Source: a virus
Reading direction: 5' to 3' (one strand)
Virus record (IMG/VR): IMGVR_UViG_3300045988_112808
DNA length: 64,000 nucleotides
In this document: piece after piece, positions 20,542-29,603 of the stretch
Layout: every line of letters begins with the position of its first letter
How positions within the stretch are numbered: the first letter of the stretch is position 1
Made by a program: the position numbers and the translations under genes
Notes under the pieces: model-generated
What the model saw: the letters and a program-made list of their open reading frames with translations, nothing else
Databases searched by the model: none
What the model was told of the DNA's origin: nothing

Positions 20542-21159
20542 ATGAGACGAAGATTTCAAATAGGGATGGGGGTAAATCCCTCGCTTATAATCAATAAAGG
20601 CATATACATCCAACATGTAGATGGAGGATTATATACAAAAGAAAATTGGTCTAATAAAGGATATTCCAATGATCTATGCAATGGAATAGCTCTTGTAGAT
20701 AAAGTGTGTTTTGTTATAGCCACCGAATATATTGGCACATTTCGTTGGGGTAAGGATGGAAGAGTAGATAATGTATTTGCACAAAATAGTTCTTATATGG
20801 AGACCGTTAAAAAGGATTATTGGGGGCGTGAAAATCAGAATGCGTATCTTGAATATGATACCAGTAATGAAAATTACGCTTTTAATAAAGCTAATAGCTA
20901 TTTATTTAAAAATGGTCAAAATGGATATGTAGGTGGCGCCGGAGAGTTTTTTTTGATATCATTGTATGCGAATGAAATAAACGAATGCTTTTTAATGGTA
21001 GGAGGTACGATAATGAGTAATAAAATGTGGACATCCACTCAATCTACACAATTTACCTATTCGTGGTATTATGATATAAACATCCAAGGGGATCATTTGG
21101 ATACAAGTACAAGGAGTAATCCACGTTATGTCCGCCCCTTTACTGAATTAATTTTATGA
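20542..21159 (+). CDS. hypothetical protein, MRRRF family member 2 (start moved from 20455 to ATG 20542 downstream of terminator)
   Basis: ATGAGACGAAGATTT start; terminator hairpin lies inside the longer track ORF. Confidence 0.65.
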   Translation: MRRRFQIGMGVNPSLIINKGIYIQHVDGGLYTKENWSNKGYSNDLCNGIALVDKVCFVIATEYIGTFRWGKDGRVDNVFAQNSSYMETVKKDYWGRENQNAYLEYDTSNENYAFNKANSYLFKNGQNGYVGGAGEFFLISLYANEINECFLMVGGTIMSNKMWTSTQSTQFTYSWYYDINIQGDHLDTSTRSNPRYVRPFTELIL

Positions 21160-21163
21160 AATT

Positions 21164-21901
21164 ATGAGAAGAAGATTTGAAAATAATGCTAAACTATATG
21201 AGTATAAGATAGTTAGCGATTGTATAGGGGGGGAGGTAATCGTAGAAGGAAAGAAAGTAGGCACCATTCCACAGGGCGGGCAATTTATCTTTCTGTCTAA
21301 AAAAGAACGGCTGGATTCCATAAGTGTCCAAGGCGGTGTTCCAATGGAAGATAGGCAAGAGATCGATAATAGGGTTGATACGACAGAGGAATTGCTTGAA
21401 CAGGATTCGGTGGTTCTTGCTGTTGCTTTAACAACCTCTCCTTATTATGGATTTAGAGTAAGTGTGATAGCACCTGATGAGTTTACGCTAAGAACAACCA
21501 ATAGGATTAATAGAACCTTTTTAATAACAAGCTTTACTCCACCTGCTGCTATATACGGTGTAAACTTTAGTGATCCTATTGTCCTTAATTATGATAGTTA
21601 CCAATATAAGATGCCAGATCTTGTAATTGATGGACCTCATGATAGAATAGTTAGGGCAGATCCTAATTTTACTTGGACTACAAGATGTACAGATGCCGAC
21701 TTTACACCTTTGCCATATCCAGAATCATGGTCTGGCCAAGGTTTAAATTCTATGTTCTTATCAGAAATGAAACGTCTTACTCCTGGTGATCATCATGTAT
21801 CATATACAGCTTATATTAAATTGGACTTGATAGATGATGGCGGAAGTAAAGTTCATACTGAATATCTGGTATTAGAAAAAACACTTAATTTTACGATATG
21901 A
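21164..21901 (+). CDS. hypothetical protein, MRRRF family member 3
   Basis: ORF track; ATGAGAAGAAGATTT start. Confidence 0.7.
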   Translation: MRRRFENNAKLYEYKIVSDCIGGEVIVEGKKVGTIPQGGQFIFLSKKERLDSISVQGGVPMEDRQEIDNRVDTTEELLEQDSVVLAVALTTSPYYGFRVSVIAPDEFTLRTTNRINRTFLITSFTPPAAIYGVNFSDPIVLNYDSYQYKMPDLVIDGPHDRIVRADPNFTWTTRCTDADFTPLPYPESWSGQGLNSMFLSEMKRLTPGDHHVSYTAYIKLDLIDDGGSKVHTEYLVLEKTLNFTI

Positions 21902-21947
21902 CAACAATCCCCAACCGTACGCCTATTGTATGGTTGGGGATTGTTGT
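21901..21947. terminator. convergent-junction terminator hairpin
   Basis: perfect 16-bp stem ACAACAATCCCCAACC/GGTTGGGGATTGTTGT between plus and minus gene blocks. Confidence 0.65.
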
Positions 21948-21990
21948 AGTTACCATCTTTTCTTGTATAAGCAGAACATGAAATAAGTTT

Positions 21991-22479
21991 CTAAGCATTA
22001 ACTTCATGACCTCCCCTATCCGTGAAAACTAAACCAATACCTTCTATGATATGTCCTACTACAGGAGCTTTGTCAAATTCCTCCTTCGTAGCCCAAGTAG
22101 CATTATCAGGCATCAGATCCTTGAATGCGTCCGAAACATCACCTTGACACCAGCAGTTATTTGATGTAACAATGCCTTTCCCTTCGATATTGATATACAT
22201 TTTTCTTCCACCACATCCAAGGCTGTTCCATCCGCTCGGTACGTTTTCCACCATAGGCTTAAGCACCCAGCTTACACCGTCTATCCTAACCCATCCCGGA
22301 TCGTCTTTGTGCTTGTCGTACAAGTTTTGCCAAAAAGAGCATTCGTAGCACCATCCCTTGTCTTCCATGATAGTTCTTATCTCACACCTTTCAAATCCAT
22401 CTGCATCCAACGTGTGCGGAGAATGAGGCTGGTGAGGGGTGCCACATTTTGGACATACGAGTTTTAAATTATCTTTCAT
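21991..22479 (-). CDS. hypothetical zinc-ribbon protein
   Basis: N-terminal CPKCG...H..H motif. Confidence 0.7.
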   Translation of the reverse strand: MKDNLKLVCPKCGTPHQPHSPHTLDADGFERCEIRTIMEDKGWCYECSFWQNLYDKHKDDPGWVRIDGVSWVLKPMVENVPSGWNSLGCGGRKMYINIEGKGIVTSNNCWCQGDVSDAFKDLMPDNATWATKEEFDKAPVVGHIIEGIGLVFTDRGGHEVNA

Positions 22480-22684
22480 ATTGCTTTACTTTTACGATTT
22501 TAATAGAATCACCAATATTGTATTCTCCTTGGTATCCAACGAATTTTATAATTCTATTATTTTTAAATATTGAAACTCTTTCGTCTTCACCATAATATAT
22601 CACACGTCCACCATCTAAAGGAAGTAGATCATATATAACCCATCCTTCATTAACCTGATCATCAATAAAATAAAATACCTCATA
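22469..22684 (-). other. 71-codon open frame without start codon, in frame with upstream gene 22691..22882 across TGA-AAA-TAA
   Basis: protein-like translation (YEVFYFIDDQVNEGWVIYDLLPLDGGRVIYYGEDERVSIF...) with no ATG/GTG/TTG in first 28 codons. Confidence 0.3.
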
Positions 22685-22690
22685 TTATTT

Positions 22691-22882
22691 TCAACATAAA
22701 AATTTGTAACCTGGTTTTACTGCCTCTGCTTCTTCTTTTGTATCAAACATTAAGGTAGTGACAGCTCCTATGCCTTCACAAACGTAAGATACTTTTACCC
22801 ACCACCTGAAAATTCCCGATCCGTAATCATCATAATACGGCTCGGAAAGGACCTCTTCTACGTACCCATCTAAGTAATTCAT
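22691..22882 (-). CDS. hypothetical protein
   Basis: ORF track. Confidence 0.6.
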   Translation of the reverse strand: MNYLDGYVEEVLSEPYYDDYGSGIFRWWVKVSYVCEGIGAVTTLMFDTKEEAEAVKPGYKFLC

Positions 22883-23625
22883 GATCGCTCCTCCTTATTT
22901 TCAGATTCTGCCTCTTCGAGTATGCTGATCACCTTATCAACAATATCCGAATCAGACATTTTCTCAATAAAAACATCCATTGCCTTAGTTATGTCATTGG
23001 CTTCTTTTTCTTCAAGAGCAATCTCTCCACCGGTAATAGCATCAGATAATGATGTAGATAAGTGTCTTATCTTATCAATGCTCATAAACGTAAATGGATT
23101 ACCACCCCAGCCTCCACCCATTTCTTTCATAATCTGATATCCACCTGAAATAAGTCTGCCTGATGTCGTGGCCAAGGAGGATACGATTAGGGACAGCACC
23201 GCCACCTCCGTCCGCTCCTCCGACACGCCCTTCGACCACACGGCTGCCCTTATAGCGCCGGCCAGGTCGTCTATGTATGGCATGAGGCAATCTTCCATCG
23301 CTTGTGTTATATCAGCTATAACCTCACTACGCTCTTTATTTATGTAGTAGATAGAAGCATTGTACCTCTTTATCTCTTTGTCCATGTCATTTAAAAGACG
23401 CTTGATATTGTGCTTATACATAGGACTGGTTTTAATTACTTCCTTTAGCTTAAGAATGTAATTATAAGCCTGGTCGTTTACAAACAACGTCATGGTCTCA
23501 ACCGTTGAATGAAGCGTGTTAAGACTGTTAAGAATCTTATCGAAATTGTTTATCAAATAAGCTCTTATGGCTTTTGCTGCGTAGTTAATGTTATTAAAAT
23601 TATTCATTTTATTCATTAGATTCAA
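22879..23625 (-). CDS. hypothetical protein (248 aa)
   Basis: ORF track; starts 8 nt after tnpB-like stop. Confidence 0.65.
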   Translation of the reverse strand: MNLMNKMNNFNNINYAAKAIRAYLINNFDKILNSLNTLHSTVETMTLFVNDQAYNYILKLKEVIKTSPMYKHNIKRLLNDMDKEIKRYNASIYYINKERSEVIADITQAMEDCLMPYIDDLAGAIRAAVWSKGVSEERTEVAVLSLIVSSLATTSGRLISGGYQIMKEMGGGWGGNPFTFMSIDKIRHLSTSLSDAITGGEIALEEKEANDITKAMDVFIEKMSDSDIVDKVISILEEAESENKEERS

Positions 23626-23632
23626 CCTTATA

Positions 23633-24820
23633 TCACAAAATATTTATTCTAACCGGATTAAACACAAATCCACTATCGATTATCTTTCCAATGAAAGAAT
23701 CACCGATTACTTTTCTTGCTATTCCAATTGCTCCATTAATATCTGCATTGATCAGCTTCCCAATAGAACTTTGAAACAATCCGCGTTTCTTCCTTCTACC
23801 TAAGTAGGATTCTTGTTTCTTTAGAGGTTCAAAAGCAAGATGGTCAATCTTTGATGTGTAAGATTCCTCATGAGTAATTACCTCTATCCCTAAAAGATTT
23901 GCTTTGTAAACAATCTTATCAATCAATTTAGAATGAGGAATAGAAACAAAATGTTGGTTATTCCTTTTACCGATATTTATCTCGTTTTTCCATTCTTTGT
24001 TTAATCCAATGATGATTGTTCCTATATTGTTAGATTTACAAAAGTCTACAATGTATCTACTGATTTTATGCAATTTGTCTTCTATCCAACAATTTCTAAA
24101 CAAAGTAATTTTTCTTATTCTATTTGAAGTTCCCTTATTACCAACAAAAGACATCAACTTAGCTTTCTTCTTATTGTACCACTGATTTACTGATTTCATA
24201 ACCCGTCCGTTTATAATGAAAGAATTAACTACATTACTAATACATGAACATAAATTATTCAATCCTAAATCAATCGAAAGAAAATTGTCTTTGTTTAAAC
24301 CAAGATCAGTTTCCTTTCTTTCATAAACTACCTCTACTACATAACATGTAGCTTGAGGGATTATTCTAACTTGTTTTAGTTTGTCTTTCTTTACATTTGT
24401 TTTGATAGGTTTGATTATATCTTTAACAAAATAAATACAATTATCACCCTTTACCCTACAATTGCAGTTGGTGAAAACAACCATGTTTTGTTTCTTACCT
24501 TGTTTGTATGATGGAAGGTGAGGTCTATGATTTCCGTATTTAGAAGGATTCTTTTCAAAATCCTTCTTGAGTTTTATCCAGGATTTTATGTTTTTAAATA
24601 CCTGTTTAATCACCTGTTGGGATACATGATTAGGTAAATTCCTGAAATCGAATTGGTTTTCTTTGCAAAGTTTGTTTGATAAATCAAATTCCTTTAAATA
24701 GTTACCTGAAAAGATTCCTTGACGAATGTTGTAAAGAACATAATTATATAACAAGCCGGATTTGAAGCAAATATCCTCAAACCGGTTGTCTTTAACTATA
24801 TGCCTTTCAACTAATCTCAT
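23633..24820 (-). CDS. tnpB: TnpB-like RuvC-fold protein lacking the zinc finger
   Basis: Conserved LPNHVSQQVIKQVFKNIKSW helix; RuvC-I SIDLGLNN; RuvC-III NADINGAIGIA. No Cys-based zinc finger between RuvC-II and RuvC-III. Confidence 0.8.
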   Translation of the reverse strand: MRLVERHIVKDNRFEDICFKSGLLYNYVLYNIRQGIFSGNYLKEFDLSNKLCKENQFDFRNLPNHVSQQVIKQVFKNIKSWIKLKKDFEKNPSKYGNHRPHLPSYKQGKKQNMVVFTNCNCRVKGDNCIYFVKDIIKPIKTNVKKDKLKQVRIIPQATCYVVEVVYERKETDLGLNKDNFLSIDLGLNNLCSCISNVVNSFIINGRVMKSVNQWYNKKKAKLMSFVGNKGTSNRIRKITLFRNCWIEDKLHKISRYIVDFCKSNNIGTIIIGLNKEWKNEINIGKRNNQHFVSIPHSKLIDKIVYKANLLGIEVITHEESYTSKIDHLAFEPLKKQESYLGRRKKRGLFQSSIGKLINADINGAIGIARKVIGDSFIGKIIDSGFVFNPVRINIL

Positions 24821-24873
24821 TTGAATGATTTATATCGTAAATGTAATCGTTATTTGTAAAATAATCAAATTAT

Positions 24874-25416
24874 TCAATCATCGCATTCAAATTTTAGATT
24901 TTCAAGTTCGTGTATTTGTAACTTAAGAGACTTAATTAAATTCGTTCTCTGTTCCTCTGCATGTTTTAAAGCCTCTTCCTTGCTTTCAAAAGCACAATCC
25001 CCTATCTGATAAGGGGTGTAACGACCAGGAGTGTCGGCTAATAAAAGACCACCACAATCTTCTATTCTGGCTTTTACCTTTCTTATTTTCCCATCTTTTA
25101 GACACATGTCTGTAACCCATACGAATTTACCATATAATTTATCATACTCTTCTAATCTCTCTTCTTGCAATTCATACCATTTCGGCTTAGGAAATCTTAA
25201 TGTGAATTTAACCTCAGTATCTTTTTCTAAGACATTAATATCGTATGCTTCCGGCCACAGCTCTTTTATGCTGTCTTCGTCTTCGGCATACGCTACAAGT
25301 ATGAATGAATCATCGGATTCACCACTACACCAATATGGATATTTTATAGGCCATTTGACTGGACGGTAGTCGTTACCGCAGTCGGATTTTTTAATGTAAA
25401 ATCTTGCTCTAATCAT
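24874..25416 (-). CDS. hypothetical protein
   Basis: ORF track. Confidence 0.65.
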   Translation of the reverse strand: MIRARFYIKKSDCGNDYRPVKWPIKYPYWCSGESDDSFILVAYAEDEDSIKELWPEAYDINVLEKDTEVKFTLRFPKPKWYELQEERLEEYDKLYGKFVWVTDMCLKDGKIRKVKARIEDCGGLLLADTPGRYTPYQIGDCAFESKEEALKHAEEQRTNLIKSLKLQIHELENLKFECDD

Positions 25417-25423
25417 ATCGTTA

Positions 25424-25735
25424 TTAATCTAATAATTTTTCTATTTTAATTGATTTTGATGATAGATACATATTCCACGTTCCTCTGCCTCTATCACCTT
25501 TTTCGTTTTGTTTTTGGATTGTCAAGTACAGATCTCCGTCTTCACATACTTCAACTTTTTTCAAGAAGCCTATCATTTCATCTCCTGCTTCGTGTAAAAT
25601 ACGGATCTTATCTCCTTCTTTTAACCCATAATTGGAATCAAAATATTCTTTTTTGATTCTATCAATATTGTCTTTATGGTTTTTTATAGCATAAAGCTCT
25701 TTTCTTAATAAATAATTTAGTTGTTCTATTGTCAT
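25424..25735 (-). CDS. hypothetical protein
   Basis: ORF track. Confidence 0.6.
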   Translation of the reverse strand: MTIEQLNYLLRKELYAIKNHKDNIDRIKKEYFDSNYGLKEGDKIRILHEAGDEMIGFLKKVEVCEDGDLYLTIQKQNEKGDRGRGTWNMYLSSKSIKIEKLLD

Positions 25736-26289
25736 TTCTTTTCCTCCTTATTTAATGGCATTAACCCTTTTCCGTGCTTGTCATACCACAGCATAGCTAT
25801 GCAGTTCCATGCACATTGTGCAAGATGAAAACATCCTGTATCGGAATCCACTCTTTCCCCTTTCATGTATTCCATTAGGTGTCGAAACATCGCAGCACGG
25901 TACCGTTCAATGCCATTGTCAAGATTCTGCCAAGTATTAGGACCGTACTTTTTGGCTCCGGCATGATAGACTTTTACAATGTCCTCAATTTCTTCCATCG
26001 GAAGCAAATCCCATCGTAGTTTATCGTCAATGATGTCATTTTTCACCGATTTGTTTTCTCTGGATACTTTGACAGGAATAATACCCATAATGTCCGTTCC
26101 TACGATAAACGTCTCTCCATTGCAACAAACCTCCGCATATTCATCATCTACCTCTATGTCTGATACTGCCTCCACTATAGCTCCTCTGGCTATTTCTAAT
26201 TCGGAACTGATTACATCACTTTCCAACATGCGAAAAATAGATCCTTTTGGATAAAGGATGTTTTTAGTATTATTGTCCATCTTTTCCAT
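25732..26289 (-). CDS. protein with phage dATP/dGTP pyrophosphohydrolase-like domain
   Basis: C-terminal LLPMEEIEDIVKVYHAGAKKYGPNTWQNL...RYRAAMFRHL...HLAQCAWNCIAMLWY pattern. Confidence 0.45.
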   Translation of the reverse strand: MEKMDNNTKNILYPKGSIFRMLESDVISSELEIARGAIVEAVSDIEVDDEYAEVCCNGETFIVGTDIMGIIPVKVSRENKSVKNDIIDDKLRWDLLPMEEIEDIVKVYHAGAKKYGPNTWQNLDNGIERYRAAMFRHLMEYMKGERVDSDTGCFHLAQCAWNCIAMLWYDKHGKGLMPLNKEEKK

Positions 26290-26333
26290 TGTTTTATCGT
26301 TGTTTTAATCGCTTGATATAATAATATAATCCA

Positions 26334-26672
26334 TCATTCTCCTGTAAAGCGGTCAAATTCTTCTCCGCTCATGACAATGCGGTTAATGATAATTATGCCG
26401 TTATCGCTATAATCATCATCTTTAATTCCCATATCATCAAGCTCTTTCTTTAAGTCTTCAAATGTGGGACCTTTCTTGTCTTTAGAAAATAAAGTAGCAT
26501 GTACAACCTTTCCGTTGTTTAGTTTTACTCTCACGGTATAGAGATATCCTTTTTCTTCTTCATCCTTTTTATTGATACCATCAAGGATGCTATTTATCAT
26601 ATCCTTGTTCTCACGTGATAGGTTGGGTATAGCTATTTTGACCTTGAATCTAAATACTTCGTTTTCGTTCAT
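26334..26672 (-). CDS. hypothetical protein
   Basis: ORF track. Confidence 0.6.
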   Translation of the reverse strand: MNENEVFRFKVKIAIPNLSRENKDMINSILDGINKKDEEEKGYLYTVRVKLNNGKVVHATLFSKDKKGPTFEDLKKELDDMGIKDDDYSDNGIIIINRIVMSGEEFDRFTGE

Positions 26673-26956
26673 GACTTTCTGTTTTTATTGTTTTCAAAAT
26701 ATTGTCTTACGGCTTCTATGGCTTTATCATCATCAAAAACTTCTTCAAACTCCGTGTAGAACCTATCTCGCTCCATGCAGAATGTGTTTTTCCCTTCCGG
26801 TATAGGACGGAACACAACCATCCTCTCTTTGTCGTGATTGGTTCCTATTATGTTATTATCTAAGATAATAGAATACCTTCTTGAACTTTTGTTGATAACA
26901 ACATCATGTTGAAGACCATACAATTTAAGTATTTCCCTTAATTCATTTGTTTTCAT
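26669..26956 (-). CDS. hypothetical protein
   Basis: ORF track. Confidence 0.6.
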   Translation of the reverse strand: MKTNELREILKLYGLQHDVVINKSSRRYSIILDNNIIGTNHDKERMVVFRPIPEGKNTFCMERDRFYTEFEEVFDDDKAIEAVRQYFENNKNRKS

Positions 26957-27313
26957 TTATATTACTCCTTCCAAATTTACTTTAATAGAACCATTTATGG
27001 TTTTAATGCTCCCATCTATGGTTGAAATCACATCATCTATATCATTTATAATACTTTCCATGTCATCAACCACCTCCTCCATATCAGTTACAGCCTGATC
27101 TGATTCCCAATATCTTTCTGAGTCTTGTAACGATTCCGGTATATTATCTCTCGCCTCAGTCTCTTCGTCTAAAATCATATCAACATCATCTTTGGCTGAA
27201 TTTATGTTGCACTTCAACTCCGATAACTTTGATTTGATGTATTCAAAATCTGTTTTATACTTATTTACGTTGTTAATAACATCCGATATTTTTTTTCTTC
27301 TCTTGTTGTTCAT
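26957..27313 (-). CDS. hypothetical protein
   Basis: ORF track. Confidence 0.6.
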   Translation of the reverse strand: MNNKRRKKISDVINNVNKYKTDFEYIKSKLSELKCNINSAKDDVDMILDEETEARDNIPESLQDSERYWESDQAVTDMEEVVDDMESIINDIDDVISTIDGSIKTINGSIKVNLEGVI

Positions 27314-28731
27314 GCTTTTATCCTATTATAATATTCTATAACCTTTTCTTTTCTATCTCCTGGTTTTACTGCCATATTCTCAGCCAAGAACCTAAAATAC
27401 GACACCGGTATGTCCTTGAATCTAATTCCTTCATATTTTCCAAACCACATTATTATACTATCAAGATCGTCTTCTCTCCTACCATCTCCATTCACAGATT
27501 TAAGCGAGGCTGCCCGACGAAGGATCTCGTCTTTGGTAATAATATCACCCATCCTTATATTAGACAGAAGTTGATCGCCAGCAAACATACACCAGCCCTT
27601 AGAAGGGAATTGCTCGATTGTCAGGTCTTCTATCCGACCAAAGCGTCTCATGTTGTCGCAGCAATCAACTATCAGCGCCTCTTTCTTGTCAGGATGGATG
27701 CGGACGGCGCGGCCTAATATTTGGTAATAAGTTGAATATGAGAAAGTTGGTCGACCAAACATCACACAATCAAGTTCAGGAAAATCAAATCCGGTAGCAA
27801 GCGTTGAATAATTAAAAACCACCTTCAACTTACCTTCTTTGAAATCGGATATGATTTGCTCTCTTTTCTTTTTGGTTGTTAGCGATGTTACGACACCGGT
27901 TATGGCTCCCATCCTGGCATTCATGAACTCTGATATTCTATTACATGATTCGATAGAATCCATGCAAACCAAAATGGCTTTACGCTCGTTCATAAGTTGA
28001 AGAAGGCGCTTGTAGATAGAGTTGTTTAAGCCGTTTCGTACAATACTTTCTTTAATAGATTCGTTGGTGTATTCGGCTCCGGTACTGTTTAACATCAGAG
28101 CCGATTCATCAAACGACCATCGTTCGTACTTAAGTGGACACCAAAACCCTTGAGAAGTTAGTTCTTGTATTTGAGTCACATGAACTATTTTCTTGAAGAA
28201 GTTATGCTCGTCTTTCGTCAGCATATTGAGCTTGCTATAGTTCCCTTCCAGCATGGAACTGTAGGTTCGGAGGCGGCAGGGAGTGGCGGTGAAGCCCAGT
28301 ACCTTCGCCTCTGGGAACCTGTTCATAAACTCCATAAATTCAGAACCTTCTTCAGGAGAATATCCTGAATGACATTCGTCTATCAATAAGGTATCTATCC
28401 CTATATCCTTCAACCTCGCTACATCTTTCTTTATGCTCTTTAATGTTGCATAAGTCATAGCCGACAGCTCCTTTATACCACATGAAGCAGAATATATAGT
28501 AGGTTTAGAACCGAATGATACGGCCTTTGCATAATTCTGCTCCAGAATCTCTTTTGAGGGCTGTAATACTAATGTCGGTCTATTTATTTCATGTGCTATC
28601 TTGGATATCAGAAGGCTCTTTCCACATCCGCATGGGGCTACGATTATGCCAGGCTTCTTAGATCTTCCTGTAAGAAACTTAAGCCCGGCATCTACTGCTT
28701 CTTTTTGGTAAGGTCTAAGTTCAAAGCCCAT
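27310..28731 (-). CDS. SF2 DEAD/DEAH-box DNA helicase with C-terminal MWFGKYEG-type phage domain
   Basis: RPYQ, Walker A APCGCGKS, motif II LLIDECH. Confidence 0.8.
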   Translation of the reverse strand: MGFELRPYQKEAVDAGLKFLTGRSKKPGIIVAPCGCGKSLLISKIAHEINRPTLVLQPSKEILEQNYAKAVSFGSKPTIYSASCGIKELSAMTYATLKSIKKDVARLKDIGIDTLLIDECHSGYSPEEGSEFMEFMNRFPEAKVLGFTATPCRLRTYSSMLEGNYSKLNMLTKDEHNFFKKIVHVTQIQELTSQGFWCPLKYERWSFDESALMLNSTGAEYTNESIKESIVRNGLNNSIYKRLLQLMNERKAILVCMDSIESCNRISEFMNARMGAITGVVTSLTTKKKREQIISDFKEGKLKVVFNYSTLATGFDFPELDCVMFGRPTFSYSTYYQILGRAVRIHPDKKEALIVDCCDNMRRFGRIEDLTIEQFPSKGWCMFAGDQLLSNIRMGDIITKDEILRRAASLKSVNGDGRREDDLDSIIMWFGKYEGIRFKDIPVSYFRFLAENMAVKPGDRKEKVIEYYNRIKA

Positions 28732-29107
28732 CGCAATCTATTATATTATTTTTTGAAAGTTCTATTATCGCCTCTTTCAACATCTCCCTTGCTTTATTCT
28801 CATTATCTTCAAACAGGCATACACTGCATGTAGCACCTTTGGAGGGGTAGTCTCTGTAGGCTTCTGCTCTTTCTACAACGTACTCACAACAATAGTCGTG
28901 ACTCATGTCTTTTGCTATACTTATAAAATGATCTTCTCCATCCATCAACACGCAATATTCAGCATCGTTTTCGCATGCAATAACACCTTTGTTTTTTAAA
29001 ATGGATAGCACTTTATTTCCAAAAAGTCCAATATAGACCCATATATCTTTCCCTGCATTTTTGTAAAAAATATCCATTCCTTCTTTGATTGTGACTTTCT
29101 TTTCCAT
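28721..29107 (-). CDS. hypothetical Cys-containing protein
   Basis: ORF track. Confidence 0.6.
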   Translation of the reverse strand: MEKKVTIKEGMDIFYKNAGKDIWVYIGLFGNKVLSILKNKGVIACENDAEYCVLMDGEDHFISIAKDMSHDYCCEYVVERAEAYRDYPSKGATCSVCLFEDNENKAREMLKEAIIELSKNNIIDCDGL

Positions 29108-29113
29108 AATCCC

Positions 29114-29464
29114 TTATTTTATATCAGTAATTAAAACATATATTTTAGCAATATCTTCAAGACTCACAGAAGAACGTATATATAGTTTTTCTTCGTACTC
29201 ATATAGAGCGTACCCTTCTTTTATGTCTAATATCTTAATCACATGCTTGCCTCTTTCAAATGGATCCTCAAAGTAGCTCTTATGTTCGTATCTTTGACCT
29301 ACTTTGATTTTGTCAGTTTTCTTCTTCATCTTATAACGCTCTACTGCTCTACCTGTTTTTATGAAAGCTGTCGTGAGTAAGTATAATAAAACTAAATACA
29401 AAAGGATCGCTACTCCACATATTAGATCTTCTTTCATTACACTCCTTTTAAATAGTTGAACCAT
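29114..29464 (-). CDS. hypothetical membrane-anchored protein
   Basis: N-terminal hydrophobic helix. Confidence 0.6.
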   Translation of the reverse strand: MVQLFKRSVMKEDLICGVAILLYLVLLYLLTTAFIKTGRAVERYKMKKKTDKIKVGQRYEHKSYFEDPFERGKHVIKILDIKEGYALYEYEEKLYIRSSVSLEDIAKIYVLITDIK

Positions 29465-29603
29465 ATATCCTCCAGCTTCTCCTGAAGCTCAAACGCTTTC
29501 TTGAAATTCCCGCATCTTACAGCAACGTCTCTCATGTATTCTACGTTTATAACTTCCGGATCTTGCCGGTATTTCGTTCTTAACTTTTGAACATCCTCGT
29601 ATT

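Noticed and set aside
23480-24900. tnpB-like gene as an intact IS200/IS605 mobile element
   Set aside because: No TnpA, no space for left or right ends, and genes abut on both sides, so it is treated as a domesticated gene.
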